Numbered from the stretch's first letter, positions 19,191-27,390 are shown. The stretch is 34,624 nt of DNA from Candidatus Falkowbacteria bacterium (GCA_903937325.1 CAIZYV010000052.1:1-34624); one strand, 5' to 3'. Made by a program: numbers and translations. Notes: a model not told the origin generated them from the letters alone.

Positions 19191-20540
19191 TTAAAATAAG
19201 CCGGTACTGCCGAATCCTTTATCGCCGCGTTGTGAGTCGTCTTTGATTTCTGTCTCGATAATTTCTGGTGTTTCTATTTTTTGTATCAGTAATTGAGCGA
19301 TTTTTTGTCCGCTTTCAATATTATAGATATCTTCACTGAGATTTTTAAATACTACTTTTATTTCTCCGCGGTAACTTGCGTCAATCACTCCGCCCATTGT
19401 TTTATAGCCTTGGCTGGCTAAACCACTTTTATCCCAAATTAAGCCGACGTGACCGGCGGGTAGGGCGATCCTGACTCCGGTAGAAATTAGTGCTTGTCCA
19501 TAAGCGGGTATTGAATAATTATCGGCGGCATAAAGATCCAAACCGGCATCGCCGGGGTGAGGGCGAGTTGGTAGTTTAGCGCTGCTGGTTAGACGTTCTA
19601 TTTTAATAGCTTTTAGCTTTTGTTCGCTGTTTTCCGTTTTGTTTTCTTTGATATTTATTGCTGTCGCATTTTCGGTTTTTTCTTCGGGATGAGCTGCTAA
19701 TCCTTGATTTTCGCTATTATTCTGTTCTGTCAGTAAAGAACTGTCAATAAGAGCGCGTGGCGCCATGGCTAATTCTGGTAAATTGGGCGTGAGCTTGCCT
19801 TTATTAACAAGAATATCACTAACTGCCTGAAAATCTGGCATTTTTTTGATATTGCCAATACTTAAGATACGGTTGGCATATAGCCAGATAAGATAATGGA
19901 TATCTTCGCGGCTCATGATTTCGCCGTTGCGAGTGCATTTGATCAACCGAAAATCAGGTAAATTCTGAGCGATATCCAGATAAGCTTTTTCAGCTTTTTT
20001 AAGATGCCCAATATTATCTTCATGAATATCTTTTGTTTTGCCTTTCCAGTCTTCGCGCTGACGCCCCTTAGCTAATTGTTGAGCGATTTCCGCTTCAACG
20101 TGAAGAATTAGGTATAAGTCTGGTTTGGGTATATTAAAGATTTTGTATTCTATCTCGCTTAGCCAGTTAAAGAAGAGTTTTCGTTCCAAAGAATTTTCTA
20201 TTTTACCGCCTTGATGGGCAAAATTAGAAGATATATAGCGATTTGATACGACAATTTTTCCTTGTTTTAACCATTCACGGATTTGGAAGCTAGCGTCATA
20301 TCGATCGACGGCGTAAAAAAGGGAAGCAGCGTAAGGATTAACTTCATCGGCTCCGCCGTATTTACCAGAGAGATATTCTTCAACCATTCCGGCTGATTTA
20401 GTGTTATATTGAGGAAAATCAGCAATTTCTACGGCATAGCCTTCAGCCTGTAATTTGCCAATCAAAAGCTGAAGCTGGGTAGTTTTACCCGTTCCGTCGG
20501 TGCCGTCAATGACTATGAATTTTCCTGAGTAATTTGACAT
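19191..20540 (-). CDS. Fusion protein: dTMP kinase (N-terminal) + dUTP diphosphatase (C-terminal)
   Basis: The N-terminal part has FIVIDGTDGTGKTTQ (P-loop) and AVDRY (Tmk DRY/H motif). A low-complexity linker spans about aa 226-310. The C-terminal part has GDAGLDLY, GGVIDASYRGEIKV and RGDKGFGSTG (trimeric dUTPase motifs 1, 3 and 5). Confidence 0.85.
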   Translation of the reverse strand: MSNYSGKFIVIDGTDGTGKTTQLQLLIGKLQAEGYAVEIADFPQYNTKSAGMVEEYLSGKYGGADEVNPYAASLFYAVDRYDASFQIREWLKQGKIVVSNRYISSNFAHQGGKIENSLERKLFFNWLSEIEYKIFNIPKPDLYLILHVEAEIAQQLAKGRQREDWKGKTKDIHEDNIGHLKKAEKAYLDIAQNLPDFRLIKCTRNGEIMSREDIHYLIWLYANRILSIGNIKKMPDFQAVSDILVNKGKLTPNLPELAMAPRALIDSSLLTEQNNSENQGLAAHPEEKTENATAINIKENKTENSEQKLKAIKIERLTSSAKLPTRPHPGDAGLDLYAADNYSIPAYGQALISTGVRIALPAGHVGLIWDKSGLASQGYKTMGGVIDASYRGEIKVVFKNLSEDIYNIESGQKIAQLLIQKIETPEIIETEIKDDSQRGDKGFGSTGLF

Positions 20541-20617
20541 AATATCACTTTGTCCGTCGATAAGAAAAGAGCGCCTCGGCTTTGCGTGAGAGCACTCCTC
20601 CTATTTTTTTAACTCTT

Positions 20618-21172
20618 CTAATTTTGTATCTCTTCCAGAATTTTGTCAATCTGGTTATATAATTCCGGCAGGGATCCGTTATTATTCAGATTGAATTTAG
20701 CGGCGGCCATAACGTCTGGAATTTGTAATTCAGCTTCTCGTTGATTATCTTTTAAAAATTCCTCAAATGTTTTATTAGCATCTCCTACGTTTTCATTACG
20801 TACCTTCATCCTCTCATAACGTAATTGTGGTTCCGCCTCGATACTAATTAAATAAAATCCGGGTATATCTTTAAGACTGATAATATCGTCAAGCCGTCTG
20901 ATGCCGTCTATCACTACTATATCTTGTTGGCTGTTTTTTACATCTTCAGCGATGGCTTTGGCTAAAACATCACTGCCAAAGCGGTTTCTAAGATCTAAAG
21001 ATAGGTTCTGCATATTTTCTCTGGAGATTGGCAGGTATAGTCTGGTTAAAATATTGCGCAGAGCTGTGGAAAATTTGGTGTTATCGGCATTATATTTTTC
21101 GGTAATATATTTTTGACAAACCGCTTTTCCGCTGGCGAGCTTACCGGCAAAGGCGAGGACGAGTTTAGGCAT
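20618..21172 (-). CDS. Small P-loop nucleotide/deoxynucleotide kinase-like protein
   Basis: MPKLVLAFAGKLASGKAV (Walker-A-like, ending GKA) and VVIDGIRRLDDI. The ATG at 21172 lies 1 nt after the ThyX-like stop, so it is preferred over the longer ORF starting at 21238, which would overlap by 65 nt. Confidence 0.6.
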   Translation of the reverse strand: MPKLVLAFAGKLASGKAVCQKYITEKYNADNTKFSTALRNILTRLYLPISRENMQNLSLDLRNRFGSDVLAKAIAEDVKNSQQDIVVIDGIRRLDDIISLKDIPGFYLISIEAEPQLRYERMKVRNENVGDANKTFEEFLKDNQREAELQIPDVMAAAKFNLNNNGSLPELYNQIDKILEEIQN

Positions 21173-21173
21173 A

Positions 21174-22466
21174 TTAATTTTTTTTAGTAATATCGTGTGA
21201 TCCGCGGCGGACATCCCAATCATCCAAATCAAGATCACAATATAATTTTATTTCCGGTAAAGCTTCGTGTAAAGAATGATACATTTCGTGGGCAATACGC
21301 CTTAGGCTCGGATGAACTGTTTTACCTGAACGTAATTCTGCCACATAAACGGCGGAAGGTAGAGGATGATAAAAATGGCAGGCAACATTAAAGCCCATGG
21401 CAATATAGTATTGACGTTGTTCTTCGCTCACGTTCAGTTGATCAATTGCTTTTTTTTGTTCAGTAATTAAAATTTCCGCTTCTTGTCTTAGGTTATCAGG
21501 CATTTGTTCCAGATACCAGTTTTGGAAACCAAACTTGGTACTAAGCAGCGGCATACGGGAAATAGCGCTACGGTGTCGTTGGATATCACGGAAAGAACCG
21601 TAATCGAGTAAAAATTCAAAAGTACAAGCACCGAGATCGCTGAGAAAATATGGTAAATTAGTCTTTATCGGTCTCTGGTCAAGAATATCAGCATATTTTT
21701 TCAATTCTTCTCGTTTGATGTTATGACTAAAAGAGAAGACGGGCGGATTTTCATCTTGAAAATAATTATATTTTTTTGTCATCGCTTCTCGGTAAGATTC
21801 TTGTTCCGGATAAAGAGGGTGACAAAAACTGTTTTCGTATTTTTCTTTTAATTTGTTTAATATTTCTGCGGCAATTTCCCTAACTTCTACTAGAGGATAA
21901 TGTTGCAGTAAAGCTAAGTGGTCCCAGGCTTGGCGGAGATTACTATGCCAACTTAGTTGAGTGGTGATGCCGGCCGGTAGGAATCCGCGCATAATATCAA
22001 AAGCACGGGCCGCGATAGCCTTTTGATAGATATTTTCTACTTCACCATTATTGAGTGGATATTTTTCTATTAAATAAGGTTTGAGGCGTTCTTGGCCGGA
22101 AATATAGAAATCCATCCATTTTTTTAAAATAGCGCTCGTTTCCTCGCTGCCGATCGGATCGACAATCACCTGTTTGGCCATATCGATATAACGGGTGCTG
22201 GTTTCCTGTCCGCTGTATAATGGCCAGTCTTGGATGGCTTTATCTGCCAATATACTTATACCTTCGATAAAGATTGTTGTGCTACCACAGTCGGCGATAG
22301 AAGCGTGGCCGTAGCCGACATAAAAAGTCGACATAAATTTACCGGAACCACTTTGTCTTACTTTTTCCGCATGCTCTTCTGCGCTTTTAGGACTGCGGGA
22401 ATAGAGGGCTTGCATCATCGCCACATCTTCCGGACTGAATTCATCGTAGATAAAAATTTTAGCCAT
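21174..22466 (-). CDS. Tandem-domain (pseudo-dimeric) ThyX-like flavin-dependent thymidylate synthase
   Basis: There are two Thy1-like halves. Half 1 has H54...QDW-x8-STRY, where RHR is lost and SxRY is kept. Half 2 has QRHRSAIS..STKF, where RHR is kept and SxRY is lost. Both halves have downstream R..LP / LR-type helices. Confidence 0.65.
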   Translation of the reverse strand: MAKIFIYDEFSPEDVAMMQALYSRSPKSAEEHAEKVRQSGSGKFMSTFYVGYGHASIADCGSTTIFIEGISILADKAIQDWPLYSGQETSTRYIDMAKQVIVDPIGSEETSAILKKWMDFYISGQERLKPYLIEKYPLNNGEVENIYQKAIAARAFDIMRGFLPAGITTQLSWHSNLRQAWDHLALLQHYPLVEVREIAAEILNKLKEKYENSFCHPLYPEQESYREAMTKKYNYFQDENPPVFSFSHNIKREELKKYADILDQRPIKTNLPYFLSDLGACTFEFLLDYGSFRDIQRHRSAISRMPLLSTKFGFQNWYLEQMPDNLRQEAEILITEQKKAIDQLNVSEEQRQYYIAMGFNVACHFYHPLPSAVYVAELRSGKTVHPSLRRIAHEMYHSLHEALPEIKLYCDLDLDDWDVRRGSHDITKKN

Positions 22467-22476
22467 ATAAATTATC

Positions 22477-22974
22477 TTATTGCATATCTTTATAAGTCAC
22501 CATCTCCGTAGACACCAAGGAAAATTCTACTCCTGCTTCGGCAAATATTTCTTGGCTACGTTTGCCAGCGTGATAATCTTGAGCACAGACGACACGTTTA
22601 ATGCCGGCGTTGATAATCATTTTTGCGCAAACATAGCAGGGCGTCATTTTGCAATATAAAGTGCCACCATTAATAGAAATTCCCATGCGCGCAGCTTCGC
22701 AGATGACATTTTGTTCGGCGTGAGTGGTGCGGATACAGTGGCGGCTAGTTTCGCCGTCTTCATGGGTGACGGTATGCATTTCATGGCCGACTTCGTCGCA
22801 GTGAGGCAAGCCGATTGGTGAGCCGGCATAGCCGGTGGAAATTATGCGACGATCGCGAGCGATAACGCAACCAGCGCGTCCGCGGTCACAGCTACCGCGT
22901 GAGCCAACTAAGCTGGCGATTTGTAAAAAATATTCGTCCCAGGAGGGACGTACGTAAGCAGTAGCTTCATTCAT
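22477..22974 (-). CDS. dCMP deaminase (CDA-fold zinc deaminase)
   Basis: WDEYFLQIA, HAEQNVI (HAE) and PCYVCAKMIINAGI (PCxxC) motifs, with a length typical of ComEB/dCMP deaminases. Confidence 0.85.
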   Translation of the reverse strand: MNEATAYVRPSWDEYFLQIASLVGSRGSCDRGRAGCVIARDRRIISTGYAGSPIGLPHCDEVGHEMHTVTHEDGETSRHCIRTTHAEQNVICEAARMGISINGGTLYCKMTPCYVCAKMIINAGIKRVVCAQDYHAGKRSQEIFAEAGVEFSLVSTEMVTYKDMQ

Positions 22975-23144
22975 ATTTTTAGATATTTATATTTTTTAAT
23001 ATCTCCTTCATTGTAGTATAGAAGTAGAATTTATAAAATATTGACAATATCTGCTTAATCTTTTTTCAATTGATTTTTTCCGTTAAAAAGGTTAAACTAA
23101 GTTTAAGATTTGCTTTAATCTTGGCGCGAAAATTTCCATTTTTT

Positions 23145-24383
23145 ATGAAATATTGGCGATATTTATTTTCTCTTTTTTTTCTAATTTTTTGTTTCTGGCC
23201 CAATATTAGTTATGGGGCGTCTTTAGCGGAGAAATTATCCGGTCGAATTTTGTTGAGCGTCACAGAAAATGGAGAGGCTTGGTATGTTAGCCCGGTTGAT
23301 TTACGCCGTTATTTTTTAGGTCGTCCGGCTGATGCTTTTCGAGTGATGCGCGAATTAGGTTTAGGGATAAACGAGATACAGTTTCAAGAGATTGCTCAAG
23401 CAGGTTTGCCGGTTGAGGGTAATCGCGAGTTGGCTAGTCGTTTGTCTGGTCGTATTATTTTGCAAGTAGAAAAGAATGGTGAAGCTTGGTATGTTAATCC
23501 GGTTGATTTAAAGAAATATTTTCTCGGTCGTCCTGATGATGCTTTTCGAGTGATGCGTGAATTAGGTTTGGGGATAAGTCGGAGTGACCTAGCTTTAATA
23601 CATAAGCCTGGTTTAAGCGAAAGCCTTAATGCTTACAGTCACTATACTTATGAAAATATTCAAACAGAAAGAGGTAATTTTGCGGTTGATATTGTTAAGA
23701 TTGATTTACGTAATCCGAACTTAAAAATAATGAGTCTGGCCGCCGATCAATCACTTTGTCCGGATGGAATTTGTTCTGCTCGCCCTTTGGCCGATTATGT
23801 TTTTTCTAATAAGGGTTTTGCCGGTGTAAATGGCAGTTATTTTTGTTCATCTGCTGGCTGTGGCCAAGCTAATTATTATTTTTTTCCGGTGTATGACAGT
23901 ATCACCGGCATGATGATTAATCAGGATCAGTTGAAATATTGGACTACCGGTCCTTTGGTCGCTTTTGATATTAATAATAAATTTTATTATTTTAAGGATG
24001 CGCGTGATTTTAAAAGTCCTGATGATTTTGAGAAGAATTACGGCGTTAAGTTACAGGCGGCCTTAGGTAATAAGCCTCGTTTAGTAGAAAATAGGATGAA
24101 TGTTCTTATTGATTGGGAATTAGATAAGGGTCAGAAGACAGGAAAATATTGGCGCAATGCTCTTGGTTATAAAGATTCTGTTGATAATCCTGGTCATGGC
24201 AGCTTATATCTTGTTATCGCTCGCCAGGCGACTGTCGATGATTTAGCGGTAATTATGAAAGAAATGGATATGGATTATGCTCTTAATCTGGATGGCGGAT
24301 CTTCTTCCGCTTTAATTTATAACGGCGAATACATGGTTGGCCCGGGGAGGAATATTCCCAACGCCTTAGTCTTTACCCAATAA
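23145..24383 (+). CDS. Secreted phosphodiester glycosidase-family protein (DUF2233/NAGPA-like) with two N-terminal GEAWYV repeats
   Basis: Signal-peptide-like N-terminus from the ATG at 23145 (MKYWRYLFSLFFLIFCFWPNISYGA), two 45-aa repeats, and C-terminal ...ALNLDGGSSSALIYNG typical of the phosphodiester glycosidase domain. Confidence 0.75.
   Translation: MKYWRYLFSLFFLIFCFWPNISYGASLAEKLSGRILLSVTENGEAWYVSPVDLRRYFLGRPADAFRVMRELGLGINEIQFQEIAQAGLPVEGNRELASRLSGRIILQVEKNGEAWYVNPVDLKKYFLGRPDDAFRVMRELGLGISRSDLALIHKPGLSESLNAYSHYTYENIQTERGNFAVDIVKIDLRNPNLKIMSLAADQSLCPDGICSARPLADYVFSNKGFAGVNGSYFCSSAGCGQANYYFFPVYDSITGMMINQDQLKYWTTGPLVAFDINNKFYYFKDARDFKSPDDFEKNYGVKLQAALGNKPRLVENRMNVLIDWELDKGQKTGKYWRNALGYKDSVDNPGHGSLYLVIARQATVDDLAVIMKEMDMDYALNLDGGSSSALIYNGEYMVGPGRNIPNALVFTQ
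23235..23576 (+). repeat. Intragenic tandem duplication encoding two 45-aa modules (23235-23369 and 23442-23576)
   Basis: LSGRILLSVTENGEAWYVSPVDLRRYFLGRPADAFRVMRELGLGI versus LSGRIILQVEKNGEAWYVNPVDLKKYFLGRPDDAFRVMRELGLGI gives 37/45 identical residues by hand alignment, with a 207-nt offset. Confidence 0.9.
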
Positions 24384-24386
24384 TTT

Positions 24387-24659
24387 ATGAATATTTTGGA
24401 ATTACAGAAAAGTTTGCAGGAACGAGGTAAAATTTCTTTCCATGCTAAAGTTTCTCCTGGGGCAGATAAGACTGAATGGCAAGAATCCTTAGCTGATGGT
24501 ACCTTGCGTTTGAAAGTAAAAGCGGCTCCCGAAAGAGGGCAGGCAAATGCCGAAGTCGTTTCTTTTATTGCCAGTGTATTTGGAGTGAATAAAAAAATGG
24601 TAGCGATTACAGCCGGCGGCGGTTCTCGTTTAAAAAGAATAAAGGTTAAAAAAGCTTAA
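24387..24659 (+). CDS. DUF167 (YggU/UPF0235) family protein
   Basis: 90 aa, with LRLKVKAAPERGQANAEVVSFIASVFGV...ITAGGGSRLKRIKV matching the apP-x-G-x-AN ... G-x-x-SR-x-K pattern. Confidence 0.75.
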   Translation: MNILELQKSLQERGKISFHAKVSPGADKTEWQESLADGTLRLKVKAAPERGQANAEVVSFIASVFGVNKKMVAITAGGGSRLKRIKVKKA

Positions 24660-24668
24660 TTATTTCTT

Positions 24669-25517
24669 ATGATTGATATTTCCGTTATCATTGTTTCTTG
24701 GAAAGTTAGAGAGAAGCTACGTGCCAATCTCTTGTCTTTAAGAACGGCTTTGCGGGATCTTAAAGCGGAAATACTTTTGGTTGATAATAATTCTGAAGAT
24801 GGCACCTTAGAAATGTTGGCAGAGGAGTTTCCGGAAATTACAGTTATTGCGAATCAGTATAACTTTGGTTTCGCTCGTGCTAACAATCAAGCCATGGCCG
24901 TGGCTCAAGGACATTTTATTTTATTACTTAATCCAGATATGCGTGTTTTTCCCGATACCATTGCTAAGGCACTTGTTTGGGCAGAAAATAATTCTCAGGC
25001 TACGGTTAGCGGCTGCCGTTTGGAAAATGATGAAGGAAACTTATTGCCACATGTCCGCCGTTTTCCGCGTTTGAGCGATCAATTGGCTATAATTTTAAAA
25101 TTACCTCACCTTTTGCCGTCTTGTCTCGACACTTATTTACAAACAGATTTTGACTATCATCAGGCGGCGAAAGTAGATTCTATTAGGGGGGCTTTTTTTC
25201 TGATTAACAGGGAAGCTTGGCGGCACCTTAGCGGTGCTTCCGCACCCTTTTTAGATGAGCGCTATTTTATCTGGTTTGAAGAAGTTGACTTTTGCCGGCA
25301 GGTATATAAAAATGGCGGGGAAGTCTGGTATATGCCTGAGGCCGCTTGTGTTGATTATGTCGGACAGAGTTTTAGCCAGGTCAAGCTCGGGTTGAAGCAA
25401 AAATATTTTCAGGATTCAATGTTAAAATATTTTCAGAAATGGGAGCCTTATTATCAGTCGGTCATTTTAAAAATTGCCTGGTTTTTCAGTCGCGCTATTT
25501 TAAAACTTTTTTCATAG
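24669..25517 (+). CDS. Family 2 glycosyltransferase
   Basis: ISVIIVSWK...LVDNNSEDGT...LLLNPDMRV and FFLINREAW...FEEVDFC are GT-A fold GT2 hallmarks. Confidence 0.85.
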   Translation: MIDISVIIVSWKVREKLRANLLSLRTALRDLKAEILLVDNNSEDGTLEMLAEEFPEITVIANQYNFGFARANNQAMAVAQGHFILLLNPDMRVFPDTIAKALVWAENNSQATVSGCRLENDEGNLLPHVRRFPRLSDQLAIILKLPHLLPSCLDTYLQTDFDYHQAAKVDSIRGAFFLINREAWRHLSGASAPFLDERYFIWFEEVDFCRQVYKNGGEVWYMPEAACVDYVGQSFSQVKLGLKQKYFQDSMLKYFQKWEPYYQSVILKIAWFFSRAILKLFS

Positions 25518-25518
25518 T

Positions 25519-26577
25519 ATGAAGATTGCGATTATCCTCTTAAATTATAAAGATTATGCTGAACGTTTCTTAACGCCTTGTTTAGCTTCGATTCGAAATT
25601 TAAATTTGGCAACCAAGCCAGATCTTTTTATTGTTGATAATGCCAGCACATCTTCTTCAGCTAATTATTTGCGTACTTTGGCGCCGGAGGCACGTTTGCT
25701 TTTTAACGTTGGTAATGATGGTTTTGCCAAAGGGAATAATGATGCCTTGCGCTTGGTTTTGGCGGAAAATTATGAACAGATATTACTTTTGAATATGGAC
25801 GCCTCTTTAGATAGCAACGCCTTGCTTGAACTAATTAGAATTGCTGCTAAATATCCTCAAGCTGGCGCTATCCAAGCACGTTTGATGCTTGATCCTGATC
25901 GCCATTTGCTTAATAGCCTCGGCAATGTCACTCATTTTTTAGGTTTTGGCTATTGTCGCGGCTATCGCCAGCCTTTTCAAGATAAAGGAGAAGAAATCAG
26001 TAAAATTGCTTATCCTTCCGGCGCTTGCGTATTGTTGCGCGCTAGTGCTTTGCGTCAAGTTGCTTTGTTTGATGAAGAGTTTTGGATGTATAATGAAGAT
26101 CAGGACTTGGGTTGGCGTTTGTGGTTGGCTGGCTGGCAGTGTTTATTAGCACCGCGGGCGATCGCCTATCATCAGTATGAATTTAGTCGTTCAATAAGTA
26201 AGTATTATTGGATGGAAAGAAATCGTTTGATTGCCGCTTGGAAAAATTATTCTCTTTTATCTTTATTGCTGTTTTTTCCGGCCTTTATTGCAATGGAAAT
26301 AGGTATGAGCTTTTTTTCTTTCCGTTCCGGTTGGTTTTCCGAGAAGCTTAAAGCTTGGGTTTATTTTTTTAATCCGCGCCACTGGTCTTATTTATATACT
26401 GCTAGGCGGAGTGCTCAAGCTCTGCGCGTTGTTCCCGATTATAAAATTTTACCTCTTTTTTCCGGTAAGATCTGGTATCAAGAAATTGATAATCCTGTTT
26501 TAAAGTATTTAGTTAATCCTCTTTTTTCTCTTTATTTTTCTGTTGTTCGGTTTTTAATTAAGGCTTGTCGGCAATAA
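25519..26577 (+). CDS. Family 2 glycosyltransferase with C-terminal membrane segment
   Basis: IAIILLNYK...VDNASTSS...LLLNMDA and MYNEDQDLGWR, with a hydrophobic stretch LLSLLLFFPAFIAMEIGMSFF in the C-terminal third. Confidence 0.85.
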   Translation: MKIAIILLNYKDYAERFLTPCLASIRNLNLATKPDLFIVDNASTSSSANYLRTLAPEARLLFNVGNDGFAKGNNDALRLVLAENYEQILLLNMDASLDSNALLELIRIAAKYPQAGAIQARLMLDPDRHLLNSLGNVTHFLGFGYCRGYRQPFQDKGEEISKIAYPSGACVLLRASALRQVALFDEEFWMYNEDQDLGWRLWLAGWQCLLAPRAIAYHQYEFSRSISKYYWMERNRLIAAWKNYSLLSLLLFFPAFIAMEIGMSFFSFRSGWFSEKLKAWVYFFNPRHWSYLYTARRSAQALRVVPDYKILPLFSGKIWYQEIDNPVLKYLVNPLFSLYFSVVRFLIKACRQ

Positions 26578-26578
26578 T

Positions 26579-27367
26579 ATGGATTTATCTATCATCATCG
26601 TCAATTATAAAAGTAAGGCAAAATTAATAAATTGCCTGCATTCTTTATCGTCTGCTGATTTTTCTGGTATTAATTATGAGATTATTGTGGTTGAAAATGC
26701 TTCAGGCGATGATCTTTCCGATTTATTAACTCCTTTTCCTAACGTTCGCTGGCTGGATAGTCCGTTAAATCTTGGCATGGGTGGTGGTAATAATTTTGGC
26801 ATCAGAGAAAGCCGTGGCGATTTTATTTTAATTGCCAATCCAGATTTGCTTTTTAGTTATAGTTCTGTTAAACAATTGTATGAATATCTGCGTCTGCATA
26901 CGGAAGCGGCTATTGTCGGTCCGCAGCTTTTAAATCCGGATGGCAGTCTGCAATATTCCTGTGCTCGTTTTCCTAATTTTTTTCTGCCTCTGATTCGTCG
27001 AACGGCGTTTGGTCGTTATTTTCCGTCACTGGTTAATCGTTATCTCATGAGAGCGGATAATCATAACGAAATACGAGTAGTTGATTGGTTGCTCGGCGCC
27101 TGTCTAATGGTGAGAAGAAATGAGCTTTTTGAAAATGGCTGCTTGTTTGATGAACGTTTTTTCATGTATTTTGAAGATGTTGATCTTTGTCGTCGCGCCT
27201 CACTTGCCGGTAAGCAAGTAATATATTATCCTTTAGCCCAACTTACCCATGATCACATGCGCGATAGTGCCCGTTTGCCCTGGTATCACGCCATAATCAA
27301 TGATAAACTAGCAAGAGAGCATCTTAAATCTTGGTGGAAATATTTTAAAAAGTGGGGACTGCGCTAA
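26579..27367 (+). CDS. Family 2 glycosteryl-independent call: family 2 glycosyltransferase
   Basis: LSIIIVNYKS...VVENASGDD...LIANPDLLF and MYFEDVDLCRR. Confidence 0.85.
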   Translation: MDLSIIIVNYKSKAKLINCLHSLSSADFSGINYEIIVVENASGDDLSDLLTPFPNVRWLDSPLNLGMGGGNNFGIRESRGDFILIANPDLLFSYSSVKQLYEYLRLHTEAAIVGPQLLNPDGSLQYSCARFPNFFLPLIRRTAFGRYFPSLVNRYLMRADNHNEIRVVDWLLGACLMVRRNELFENGCLFDERFFMYFEDVDLCRRASLAGKQVIYYPLAQLTHDHMRDSARLPWYHAIINDKLAREHLKSWWKYFKKWGLR

Positions 27368-27390
27368 GCGGTGTCCTTACCTATAATCAT

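Noticed and set aside
23038-23050. 13-nt perfect palindrome ATATTG-A-CAATAT, overlapping a TTGACA, in the divergent region between the dCMP deaminase and glycosidase operons
   Set aside because: It is short and A/T-rich, so it is easily produced by chance at this base composition. No properly spaced -10 partners the TTGACA, and no second copy was seen elsewhere in the window.
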